NCBI GenBank assembly: GCA_964525295.1
Contig: CAZGEO010000001.1
Span: 572,314 to 636,313, forward strand
Direction of reading: 5' to 3'
Length of the DNA: 64,000 bases
Source: an uncultured Candidatus Saccharibacteria bacterium
Lineage (GTDB): Bacteria > Patescibacteriota > Dojkabacteria > GCA-002793355
Positions 9,514 to 18,823 of the stretch are shown one piece after another. Made by a program: the position numbers and the translations under genes. The first letter of the stretch is position 1, and each line of letters begins with the position of its first letter. The notes beneath the pieces are model-generated. The model made no database searches. It had not been told where the DNA came from and worked only from the letters and a program-made list of their open reading frames with translations.

Positions 9514-10488
9514 TTACAAATTTTTGTCTTTGAAAATTCCTTCTATAATTTTGCTAAGTGGAACTCCTTCAATATCAATATCTTGCACAGCGTCGTTTTT
9601 CATAATCTCAGCAATTATGACTGCTTGATTATTTTTACCAATTTCAAGAGTTAAACTGTCACTCGTTCTTTGCATGCAAATACCGAGTTTCTCTAAATCA
9701 CTCATGTCTGCATCTTTGTTCCCGAAAATGATTTTGATATATTTTTTGCTTGAAAATGATCGTCGTAATTTTTCAAGAGAGTCGTCGTAAACGAGCTTTC
9801 CTTTGTTTATGATTATGACTCGTTCACAAACTTGCTCAATGTCTTCCATATTGTGACTGGTTAAAAGGATTGTTATGTTGCGTTCTTTATGAATTCTTGC
9901 GAGAAAATTGCGAATGTTATTCTGTGATGAAATATCAAGACCAACGGTAGGTTCATCCAGATACAGAATTTGAGGTTTATGCAAAATTGAGCCGATAACT
10001 TCAACCTTCATTCGTTGACCAAGTGAAAGTTTGCGAATAGGGCGATCAAGGTGTTCAGATACTTCAAGTAGTTCTGATAATTCGTCAATTGTGTTATAGA
10101 ATTCGACTGGTTCTATGTCATAAATGACTTTGTTCAATTCATAATTTTGGCGTGCAGATAAGTCAGTCACTAGTGTAGACTTGTTCCCCATGACGAAGCC
10201 GATATTTTTTAGCATTGCGGTTGCTCTCGAGCTGGGAGTGTAGCCCATAACAGAAATATCGCCTGCTGTTGGATATAAAATGCCTGTGAGCATTTTCATT
10301 GTGGTAGTTTTTCCTGCACCGTTAGGGCCTAAAAATGCGACAGATTCTCCTTCGCCGATAGTAAACGAAATATCGTTTACAGCCGTGAAAGTTTCTTCTT
10401 TTGGAGTAAGCATTCTTTGCCAGAAGGATTGTTTAACTGGTATGGTGAACTTCTTGACGAGATTGTTGACGGTAATAATTGGTTTCAT
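9514..10488 (-). CDS. ABC transporter ATP-binding protein (ABC-2 type, with C-terminal DUF4162-like extension)
   Basis: GPNGAGKTT Walker A, LSLGQRMKV signature, ILYLDEPTVGLD Walker B, H-loop TSHNMED. Confidence 0.9.
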   Translation of the reverse strand: MKPIITVNNLVKKFTIPVKQSFWQRMLTPKEETFTAVNDISFTIGEGESVAFLGPNGAGKTTTMKMLTGILYPTAGDISVMGYTPSSRATAMLKNIGFVMGNKSTLVTDLSARQNYELNKVIYDIEPVEFYNTIDELSELLEVSEHLDRPIRKLSLGQRMKVEVIGSILHKPQILYLDEPTVGLDISSQNNIRNFLARIHKERNITILLTSHNMEDIEQVCERVIIINKGKLVYDDSLEKLRRSFSSKKYIKIIFGNKDADMSDLEKLGICMQRTSDSLTLEIGKNNQAVIIAEIMKNDAVQDIDIEGVPLSKIIEGIFKDKNL

Positions 10489-10503
10489 AGTTATGCAATA
10501 AAA

Positions 10504-11322
10504 TTATGATGAAAATGATTCATATTTTGGTAATCCTTTTTTCCAAAGAAATACGAAGAGTGCAAAGAATAGTGTTGCAAAGAATGCTTGAAGTAGTAAT
10601 AATGACAAATCTGTCGTTTTTTCGAGAAGATATGAAACGGTAACACCAACGGTTATGGGGGTTGTTGCAAGAAAAATGACTATGGTGCGAATAGGCTCGG
10701 TGTATGCTTCGATAGGATAATTACCAATGTTACCACTTAAGTAGACGATTTTTAGCAAATTTCTCGTTTTTTGCGTCCAAAGTACAGACATTGCAATTGC
10801 GAAATAGAAAAAGTGTTGAATGAAAAAACCGATAATCCAGGCGATGATGGCATAAAAGATTGCAATTCCTGAAGTTTTGAATCCACCTTGACTAATGATA
10901 AGAGAAAAATACATGACCATTGGTATAAAAGCAGACATTACTGTGTGAAAAGTCTTGATTCTACAGGTAAAAATCTGCAAAAGAATTGAGACAGGTTTTA
11001 CCAAAAATGCATCGAATCTGCCATCTTTGACTATATCGACAAATCTTTCTACGCCAGTACCTGAAAGGCTGGTGGTTATATAAAATGTTAACTGCATGAC
11101 AGTTAAGAAAACTACCCAATCTTCGTAGGAATAGCCTGCAATGTAATTAACTTTTAGTGTTACGACTCTTGCGAAGAGAATAAACATTATATTCCAGCAT
11201 AAGGTTGTGAGTAATTCGCCTAAAACGCTCCTTGGAAATGCTGTTTCGATCTGCCAGTTGAATCGTAATATCGCGCCAACATACGAAAAGATAAATTTTA
11301 TTCTATGCGCCAACGCCTTCAT
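10504..11322 (-). CDS. ABC-2 family transporter permease (first of two)
   Basis: Six TM helices; overlaps the upstream permease by 20 nt (operon). Confidence 0.65.
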   Translation of the reverse strand: MKALAHRIKFIFSYVGAILRFNWQIETAFPRSVLGELLTTLCWNIMFILFARVVTLKVNYIAGYSYEDWVVFLTVMQLTFYITTSLSGTGVERFVDIVKDGRFDAFLVKPVSILLQIFTCRIKTFHTVMSAFIPMVMYFSLIISQGGFKTSGIAIFYAIIAWIIGFFIQHFFYFAIAMSVLWTQKTRNLLKIVYLSGNIGNYPIEAYTEPIRTIVIFLATTPITVGVTVSYLLEKTTDLSLLLLQAFFATLFFALFVFLWKKGLPKYESFSS

Positions 11323-12139
11323 AGCGTGTAATTCCTCTTCTCCAAATTATTACCGCAAAAATTGGCAAAAGTATTGCCCAGATAATCGCCGAAGCAATAA
11401 ACAACCATTGTTCGCTACCTAAGGAACTCACAGTTAAAATGTGTGCTGGTGTAAATGCCATTCCAGCGAAGGGAAGTACAATTATGGCAGAACCCGCGAG
11501 TGAGCCTAACGTTGCTCGAAAGAGCGTTAATGGAATACTTGTGCCGTTTAGCATTCTGCTTATTTGCAATGTGCCGTACATTATTCCATCTGCATCTTCT
11601 AGCCAGAGCGAAATTGAACCAAGAATGATATTGTAAGAAGTCGCAATTATGATTGCTGCAACGAGTAGAATCGCAAAGTATGCGATGCGTATTGGTTCGA
11701 GAATTTGAGCAGTAAACAAACCTATTATTATCGCAAGAAAGCCAATTATTAATTCATTTGCACGCGCTCCAAGGTGAACAGCGAGAATTTGAAAAAGTGG
11801 TGAAAGTGGTCGCAGTAAATATCGCGAAAGTGAACCATCTTTAATTTTGTTCGCTAGATCTTTGCCGAGGCGAAGTCGAGTACTTCCTGAAAGCATGGCG
11901 ATACCGTTTGCGATGAATAGATATGAGATCTTCTGTCCGAAAGTTTGCGCGTCAACTGAAGGCAATATATATAGCCAAATAAAGATGGGCGTGCCCACCA
12001 TTGCAATAGATTGAAGGCTACTCAACAGGAAGTCGAGAGAATAGAGTGAGATTTCAGAGAACCCCTGCTTGAGTAACTGCAGGTAAGGTGATTTCATAGG
12101 AGATAGACGGATTATAGGACGAATGAAAAAATCTGTCAA
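11303..12139 (-). CDS. ABC-2 family transporter permease (second of two)
   Basis: Six TM helices; gives an ATPase plus two-permease architecture (LanFEG/EcsABC-like). Confidence 0.65.
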   Translation of the reverse strand: MTDFFIRPIIRLSPMKSPYLQLLKQGFSEISLYSLDFLLSSLQSIAMVGTPIFIWLYILPSVDAQTFGQKISYLFIANGIAMLSGSTRLRLGKDLANKIKDGSLSRYLLRPLSPLFQILAVHLGARANELIIGFLAIIIGLFTAQILEPIRIAYFAILLVAAIIIATSYNIILGSISLWLEDADGIMYGTLQISRMLNGTSIPLTLFRATLGSLAGSAIIVLPFAGMAFTPAHILTVSSLGSEQWLFIASAIIWAILLPIFAVIIWRRGITRYEGVGA

Positions 12140-12159
12140 AATATATGTTACGGACTGAT

Positions 12160-12221
12160 TTTAATAGTTAATATTTAATACTCATTTGTGAATGCGATCT
12201 TATTACCTATTAACTATTAAA
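12160..12221. promoter_or_regulatory. Perfect 14-bp inverted repeat (TTTAATAGTTAATA ... TATTAACTATTAAA) with 34-nt spacer in the divergent ABC-permease/uvrA promoter region
   Basis: Direct reading: arms at 12160-12173 and 12208-12221 are exact reverse complements. Confidence 0.45.
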
Positions 12222-12266
12222 TCCTATTGCTAGAAAATTTAGCGTAGAAATGGTAGAATACACGTT

Positions 12267-15257
12267 ATGGAAAAGCTCACAATTCGCGGTGCTCGCGAGA
12301 ACAATCTCCAAAATATCGATCTTGATTTACCAAAGAACAAGCTAATTGTTTTTACAGGGCTATCGGGGTCTGGAAAGAGTTCTCTTGCAATGGATACGAT
12401 CTATGCAGAAGGTCAACGCAAATATGTCGAGAGTTTGTCTGCGTATGCACGCCAGTTCTTAGGTGAATTACGTAAACCAGATGTCGATAAAATCGAAGGT
12501 TTGTCACCATCAATAGCTATTGATCAAAAGACCGTTTCGCATAATCCTCGTTCAACCGTTGGAACAATTACAGAGATTTATGACTATTTACGCTTGTTGT
12601 ATGCTCGCGTCGGAATCGCACATTGTCCGCAATGTGGGGCGGTATTAACGTCTCAGACAATTGACCAAGTTGTTGAAGGTTTGTTGAACAAAATTAAAAA
12701 AGCGTACGAAAATGATGACGTTGTACAGAAATTCTCCTTCAGATTTATGGTCGCTGCTGTGCCAATTTCAGGGAGAAAAGGTGAATATGAACAGGTGTTT
12801 TTGAACTTGAGAAAGCAAGGCTGGAACGTTGTTCGTGTTGATGGCGAATATATTGACCTGAAATTAATGCTTCCCCAGCTAGATAAGTATAAACAGCACG
12901 ATATTGAGGTGATAGTCGACACTTTGTCGGTTTCTCGTACCATTTTCGAATCAGATGAAGCGGTAAAAGAGATACGATCACGAATCTTTCAGTCAATTGA
13001 AGCAGCACTCAAAATACAGCCAACTTTCGTAAGAATTCTTGAAATTCGCGATCCTCACCTTGGAATACCTGCAAAGGCTGACGCAATCCTTTCACACGAT
13101 TACAGCGTTTCGAAGAGTTGTAAACAATGTGGCATTTCTGTTCCTGATTTTGAGCCACGAGACTTTTCCTTTAACTCACCACACGGGGCATGCCCTGAAT
13201 GTGATGGGTTAGGGGTGATTAAGCAAATAAGTACCGAAGGAATTGTCGATGGAAAACGATCGGTTTTAGCCGGTGGAATCATTCCTTATGCGAAGATGTT
13301 AGAACGTGATACGTATTTTCGTAGGCTTTTAGAAATTGTTTGTGATGAACATACGATTTCATTGCATACTCCCGTGAGTATGTTGACCGAAGGCAAATTA
13401 AATGTTCTTTTGTACGGTACCGGTGAGCAAAAATATAAAGTAACCTACTTTTCGAGCCAAGATGGTTCGGAACGTTCTCTGCATGCGAAATTCGAAGGTA
13501 TTATTCCAAACCTTGAGCGACGCTACAAAGAAACAAATTCTGACTTTATTCGCACCGAAATTGAAAAATTTATGTCAACAGTAACCTGTCCGACGTGTAA
13601 AGGTACTCGATTGAAAGATATTACATTGGCAGTTACCATCAAAGACTACAACATTGCGCAACTGTGTGACTTGACCATCAATGATTTTGCTACTGTTATG
13701 ACTGACTTACCGAAAACGCTTGATAATAAGTCTCTTGCGATAGCGCAGCCGGTCGTAAAGGAAATTCTTTTGAGATCGCAATTCCTATTAGATGTTGGGC
13801 TTGAATATTTAACGGTAAGCCGTACAGCAACAACTCTCTCGGGTGGTGAAGCTCAGCGTATTCGTTTGGCAAGCCAAATTGGTACTGGTTTATCTGGGGT
13901 CATTTACGTATTAGATGAACCATCAATTGGGTTACATGCGCGAGATCAACATCGTTTGATAGCGACATTAAAGCATCTTCGAGATTTAGGAAATACGGTC
14001 ATCGTTGTCGAACATGATCGAGATACTATGTTGAATGCGGATCTTATCGTAGATTTTGGTCCAGGTGCGGGAAGTAATGGAGGAAAAATTATTGCTATGG
14101 GAACTCCTGCGCAATTAATGAAAGCGGAAGATTCAGTAACAGGTCCATACCTTGCAGGAAAGAAGACCATTGCGAAAGAAGTGCAGAAAATTATTACAGC
14201 ACAAGAAAAGAAAAGCTCAAGAATTACCGTACAGCGTGATGCTGCATATGGAAAACGTCCAGATAGATATATTGAATTATCTGGTGCTAAAACTCATAAT
14301 CTAAAAGATGTTACCGTTAAATTCCCTCTCGGAAAATTCGTCTGTGTCACGGGAGTCTCGGGTTCAGGGAAAAGTTCATTGGTTGTTGAAACGTTATTGC
14401 CCGCATTGAAACGTAATTTAGGGCTTCGAACAGATAGTCCTGATACTGTTTTTAAGAATCTGTATATCTCAGATGTTGTCGATAAAGTGCTATATATTGA
14501 TCAGTCTCCAATCGGTCGTACTCCACGTAGCAATGCTGCAACCTACACGAAGTTGTTTGATGATATTCGTGAACTTTTTGCTCAAACAAAAGACTCAAAA
14601 GTTCGCGGTTATACAGCTAGTCGCTTTAGCTTTAACCTGAAGGGTGGTCGCTGTGAAGCGTGTAAAGGAGAAGGAAAAATTCGTATCGAAATGCAGTTTA
14701 TGCCTGATGTTTATATTGACTGTGATGTTTGCCACGGAAAACGATACGTATCCGAAGTGCTTGAAGTGAATTATAAAGGTAAGAATATCGCTGAAGTTCT
14801 TGAAATGTCTATCGATGAAGCGCAAGCTTTCTTTTCAGAACTTTCAGTTTTACGCGAAAAATTAGAAATGTTGCAACAAGTTGGGCTTGGTTATCTGAAG
14901 TTAGGTGAACCAGCACCGATGCTTTCTGGCGGAGAAGCTCAGCGTATTAAATTATCTTCTGAATTAGGAAGACGAGCAACAGGTAAAACAGTGTATATTC
15001 TAGATGAACCTACAACTGGCTTGCACTTTGCAGATATTGAAAAGCTTGTTGCAGTTTTGAAAACTCTTGTAAAAAACGGTAGTAGTGTATTCGTGATTGA
15101 GCATAATATCGATTTTATTGCTGAAGCTGATTACCTTATCGACATGGGGCCTGAAGGTGGTAGCGGTGGTGGTGAAGTTGTCGGGTTAGGGAGTGTTGGT
15201 GATATTCGTCGCAATGAACGAAGCTGGACGGGGAGAATGTTGAAAGAACTTGTTTAG
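12267..15257 (+). CDS. uvrA: Excinuclease ABC subunit A
   Basis: Two ABC ATPase modules (GLSGSGKSSL, GVSGSGKSSL), zinc-finger CxxC pairs, LSGGEAQR signatures, 996 aa. Confidence 0.95.
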   Translation: MEKLTIRGARENNLQNIDLDLPKNKLIVFTGLSGSGKSSLAMDTIYAEGQRKYVESLSAYARQFLGELRKPDVDKIEGLSPSIAIDQKTVSHNPRSTVGTITEIYDYLRLLYARVGIAHCPQCGAVLTSQTIDQVVEGLLNKIKKAYENDDVVQKFSFRFMVAAVPISGRKGEYEQVFLNLRKQGWNVVRVDGEYIDLKLMLPQLDKYKQHDIEVIVDTLSVSRTIFESDEAVKEIRSRIFQSIEAALKIQPTFVRILEIRDPHLGIPAKADAILSHDYSVSKSCKQCGISVPDFEPRDFSFNSPHGACPECDGLGVIKQISTEGIVDGKRSVLAGGIIPYAKMLERDTYFRRLLEIVCDEHTISLHTPVSMLTEGKLNVLLYGTGEQKYKVTYFSSQDGSERSLHAKFEGIIPNLERRYKETNSDFIRTEIEKFMSTVTCPTCKGTRLKDITLAVTIKDYNIAQLCDLTINDFATVMTDLPKTLDNKSLAIAQPVVKEILLRSQFLLDVGLEYLTVSRTATTLSGGEAQRIRLASQIGTGLSGVIYVLDEPSIGLHARDQHRLIATLKHLRDLGNTVIVVEHDRDTMLNADLIVDFGPGAGSNGGKIIAMGTPAQLMKAEDSVTGPYLAGKKTIAKEVQKIITAQEKKSSRITVQRDAAYGKRPDRYIELSGAKTHNLKDVTVKFPLGKFVCVTGVSGSGKSSLVVETLLPALKRNLGLRTDSPDTVFKNLYISDVVDKVLYIDQSPIGRTPRSNAATYTKLFDDIRELFAQTKDSKVRGYTASRFSFNLKGGRCEACKGEGKIRIEMQFMPDVYIDCDVCHGKRYVSEVLEVNYKGKNIAEVLEMSIDEAQAFFSELSVLREKLEMLQQVGLGYLKLGEPAPMLSGGEAQRIKLSSELGRRATGKTVYILDEPTTGLHFADIEKLVAVLKTLVKNGSSVFVIEHNIDFIAEADYLIDMGPEGGSGGGEVVGLGSVGDIRRNERSWTGRMLKELV

Positions 15258-15373
15258 CAATTACTAATTCTCAATTTTCAATTATTAATGCAAATTTAAT
15301 AAGTGCATATTGACAAACGATAAATCTATGCTGTATTATATCGATAGTCAATAAAATTATATTAATAAATAAT

Positions 15374-16036
15374 ATGCAAAAGACTCAAGTAAAAGACTTG
15401 GGAAGAATAGAACATTGGATAATTTCATTTCTTCAGCTTGCACTTGTTATAGATTATGCATTCTCTGTAACTTTGCAGTTTTTGGCCTCTGCGCCTGAAA
15501 CAGTTATGAAGATTTCTTATTCTGTAATGTCATTTTTCAGAATGATTTCTTCATTACCGTTAATTTTGTTTAGAGATGTCACATCACCGACAATACACTT
15601 GGATTTACTCGACGTTGAAACTGCAGAATCGGTGTTAAGAGGGAATGCTTTAATTTCTGAGTGGAGTTACGCAATTTTTGGAGCAATCGTTCTAGCTGCA
15701 ATTATCTATTTCCTTGAAGTGTTGAAACAAGTGCTAACAAAAATCAGAGAAGAAGGCGTTTATTCACAGAGTGTTGAGAAAAAATTCTCGGCACTTTTTA
15801 GTCTGTATGTGGTCATACAAGGGGCTGGATATCTAGCCAAGCTAATTTTTTATTCATTTATATTTTCACAGTTATTGAGAGAATCGCCTCAATCTGATGC
15901 TTTGCAAATTCTTCAAGCACATATGTTATCGTCAATTCCTTGGGTGGGAATGATAACAATCGGTATCGCTGCTGTTGCTTTGCTGTTATACAAGCGAACA
16001 GTAACCTTAAAAGAAGATAATTTATTAACTATTTAA
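15374..16036 (+). CDS. Hypothetical membrane protein (DUF2975-like position)
   Basis: Multiple TM segments; sits upstream of a small XRE regulator, as in DUF2975/YozG pairs. Confidence 0.4.
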   Translation: MQKTQVKDLGRIEHWIISFLQLALVIDYAFSVTLQFLASAPETVMKISYSVMSFFRMISSLPLILFRDVTSPTIHLDLLDVETAESVLRGNALISEWSYAIFGAIVLAAIIYFLEVLKQVLTKIREEGVYSQSVEKKFSALFSLYVVIQGAGYLAKLIFYSFIFSQLLRESPQSDALQILQAHMLSSIPWVGMITIGIAAVALLLYKRTVTLKEDNLLTI

Positions 16037-16038
16037 TT

Positions 16039-16635
16039 ATGAACATGAAAACAACTTTGTTAAAAGTACTTGAAATCTACACTAGATACAATCAGTTTGT
16101 AATACTTCTGATTGTTATTAGCAGTTTAGTTACTATGTTTTTCGTAAGTGATCCCTCAACGTTTAGTCCGGTAATCACGACTACGATGGAGATACTAACT
16201 TTTGTAGGATTTCCGATTTTAGCGCTGTTTAATTCGTTAGTTGTAGGATATTTTCCGCTCACCTCGGGTATTCCAGTTGTGGAAGTTATTTATCTTCTTG
16301 GTGCAGGAGTGGGAAGCTATCTGATCTTCGATTATGTTTCAAAAATAGTTCAGACTATTGCGAAGCAGGGAGTGTATACTGTTTCGGTGGTAAATTTACT
16401 ATCAAAAATTCAATTGGTATTAGTCGTGTTTGCGGTAGTGAACTCAATAGTAGGGCTTATAGCGGGTTTGTATTATTGGTTGGCGTTGGGTGATGCTGCA
16501 TATTCTTCTGTAAGTACCTTAATCATGAATGTCTTTCCGACTGCAATCTTAATTCTGCTTGCAATTATCTGGGTGATAAGGAGTATCTTGCAAACAGCGA
16601 TTAATGAAAAAGCAGGCCAAGAATTAGTTGTTTAG
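16039..16635 (+). CDS. Hypothetical membrane protein (DUF2975-like)
   Basis: Four to five TM segments; translationally close to the previous and next gene. Confidence 0.4.
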   Translation: MNMKTTLLKVLEIYTRYNQFVILLIVISSLVTMFFVSDPSTFSPVITTTMEILTFVGFPILALFNSLVVGYFPLTSGIPVVEVIYLLGAGVGSYLIFDYVSKIVQTIAKQGVYTVSVVNLLSKIQLVLVVFAVVNSIVGLIAGLYYWLALGDAAYSSVSTLIMNVFPTAILILLAIIWVIRSILQTAINEKAGQELVV

Positions 16636-16647
16636 TAAAAAAAGAGT

Positions 16648-16854
16648 ATGAAAGAAATTATTGTAAATCTTGATGTCATGATGGCGAAACGAAAGATGTC
16701 GCTAACGGAGCTATCTGAAAAAGTAGGCATTACTATGGCAAACCTTTCTATCTTGAAGACAGGCAAAGCTCGTGCCATTCGCTTTGAAACCTTATTGCGA
16801 ATTTGCGAAGTGCTAGATTGCCAACCCGGTGACATTCTGGAATACAGAAGATAG
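16648..16854 (+). CDS. XRE-family (YozG-like) small HTH transcriptional regulator
   Basis: 68 aa; LSLTELSEKVGITMANLSILKTGKARAIRFETLLRICEVLDCQPGDIL is a canonical Cro/C1 HTH. Confidence 0.8.
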   Translation: MKEIIVNLDVMMAKRKMSLTELSEKVGITMANLSILKTGKARAIRFETLLRICEVLDCQPGDILEYRR

Positions 16855-16971
16855 GTAGCAATTTTTAATTATCTATTATTGATTGCTGAGAAATTGACTA
16901 TTACTATTAAACACGCATTAGTGCATTATCGCTTTACATCTTTATTGTGTGCAAATAGGTTATAATATACG

Positions 16972-18306
16972 GTGATCGAAGTGACGCCAAAAGTTCAAAA
17001 GAAGCTGGAAAATTTGCCAACGACACCTGGGTGCTATCTATACTACAACGATAAGCATAGAATCATCTATGTCGGAAAAGCAAAAAACTTGAAAAACCGA
17101 GTGTCAAGCTATTTTGTGAATACATATAAGGGGCCAAAGACAGAAGCTCTCGTTTCGCATATTGCAGACCTAGATTTTATTCAAGTTCGCTCAGAAGTAG
17201 AGGCTTTTCTACTCGAGGCGGAACTGATAAAACGGTATAAACCTCACTATAATTTTGCACTGGTTGATGATAAATCGTATAAGTACATTGCTGTTCAAGA
17301 TTTTGATGTAATTGTTGATGGAAAGAAATACACATTTTCTAAAATCTTTGGCGTTTTTGGAAAAAAGTTGAAGCGAACGCGATATTATGGCCCGTATCCA
17401 GATGGCTCACTCGTTGCGATCGTTTTGAGAGCATTGAGGCGAATTTTTCCTCACTGTGATTATTCTGCAGCAAAATTGAGTCAGTCATTAAAGCAGAAAC
17501 GTCCGTGTATGTATGCACATATTGGATTGTGTCCTGGGGCTTGCGGAAATTTAGAAAAATTGGCTGAAAATCAGAAGAATATCCATGCATTAGAACAATT
17601 TATTAAAAAGGGATATTCTGTGGCTATTGAAGAACTCGAAAAAAGAATGCATCAACATGCTGTGAAGCTAGAATTTGAAGCGGCGAAAGAATTGCGAGAT
17701 GTACTTGAAAAATTGAATAATCTTGAGACTGCGAGTATTCTTCCTGATCAATATACCGATAATCCGAATCTTTTAGTAGATATTCAAGACAAACGTATGA
17801 AAGATGTTGCCGAATTATTCGGCATCGGTGAAGTGAATCGGGTTGAGTGTTACGACATCTCAAACATTATGGAAAAATGGACTGTTGGTTCGATGGTTGT
17901 GAGCGAAAATGGTAAATTGGCAAAAGATCAATATCGGAAATTCCGCATTAAATACACGACTGGAATTTCCGACTTCTGGATGATGAAAGAGATTCTTGGG
18001 CGACGCGTCAAGAAAGAGTGGCGTCGCCCAGATATTTTGCTTATTGACGGAGGTAAAGGGCAAGTAGGTGCAGTAATCGATGCATTGAAAGACACCGCTT
18101 TTAGCGATATACCCGTGATTGGTATCTTCAAGCCGAATGACTATTTCATTCGCAGAATTGAAGGCAAATGGAAAGTTACCAAAGCACTTAAAAACAACAT
18201 TGGTTATTTACATTTGCGAGAACTCCGCGATGAAGCCCATCGATTTGCAAATAGATATCGTAAAGTGTTAATAAAAAAAGATAATAATTATTTTATAAAT
18301 AAATGA
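16972..18306 (+). CDS. uvrC: Excinuclease ABC subunit C, short form lacking the C-terminal (HhH)2 domain
   Basis: GTG start. GIY-YIG (GCYLYYND...IIYVGKAKNLKNRVSSYF), UVR-like helix (FEAAKELRDVLEKL), RNase H-like endonuclease domain ending DEAHRFANRYRK. Only 444 aa. Confidence 0.85.
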   Translation: MIEVTPKVQKKLENLPTTPGCYLYYNDKHRIIYVGKAKNLKNRVSSYFVNTYKGPKTEALVSHIADLDFIQVRSEVEAFLLEAELIKRYKPHYNFALVDDKSYKYIAVQDFDVIVDGKKYTFSKIFGVFGKKLKRTRYYGPYPDGSLVAIVLRALRRIFPHCDYSAAKLSQSLKQKRPCMYAHIGLCPGACGNLEKLAENQKNIHALEQFIKKGYSVAIEELEKRMHQHAVKLEFEAAKELRDVLEKLNNLETASILPDQYTDNPNLLVDIQDKRMKDVAELFGIGEVNRVECYDISNIMEKWTVGSMVVSENGKLAKDQYRKFRIKYTTGISDFWMMKEILGRRVKKEWRRPDILLIDGGKGQVGAVIDALKDTAFSDIPVIGIFKPNDYFIRRIEGKWKVTKALKNNIGYLHLRELRDEAHRFANRYRKVLIKKDNNYFINK

Positions 18307-18806
18307 AATCTTTAAACGATTCTAGAGAGGCGAATAGATTGTATGATGCCGTTGTTATTCCTCAGCAAGAAATGCTCGATAGAATCGAAGTTATCAATAG
18401 AAGTTCTGACATAAGATGGAGTGTTCTATTAGCACCAGTCAATAATGAATTCGCCAATGCAGTAGAATTTGCAGATGTAGGTTCTCCTCAGACACGGGCT
18501 CAATTGAGCACTTTGGTAGCAGAAGATGCTGATACCGAAATCGCTGCAAGAAAGTTTCCAGAAAGGCGTTTTTCAAGACTTTTGTTTTACGATCCAAAAG
18601 AAGGAAACTTTGCACAGGAACGTCTTCTACTGAATCAACGGTCAGATGGTTCTTATCAATTTGTAACCTTTAGTGAATCTGGATTACAAGATATGCAAAT
18701 TCAGGGGTTCAACAACTTTATGGTTTTGCTTTCAATTGCTCTAAATGAACATAATTCTTCAAAAGGTTCTCCCGCAACTTTTACTCCACTTCGAATTGAT
18801 GATTGA
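18303..18806 (+). CDS. Hypothetical protein, translationally coupled to uvrC (4-nt overlap)
   Basis: 167-aa ORF; no recognisable motif; no HhH. Confidence 0.4.
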   Translation: MKSLNDSREANRLYDAVVIPQQEMLDRIEVINRSSDIRWSVLLAPVNNEFANAVEFADVGSPQTRAQLSTLVAEDADTEIAARKFPERRFSRLLFYDPKEGNFAQERLLLNQRSDGSYQFVTFSESGLQDMQIQGFNNFMVLLSIALNEHNSSKGSPATFTPLRIDD

Positions 18807-18823
18807 GAATTATAAATTAATAA

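Noticed and set aside
12653-13282. Minus-strand ORFs 60-96 aa inside uvrA
   Set aside because: Fully embedded antisense in a highly conserved gene; no motifs.
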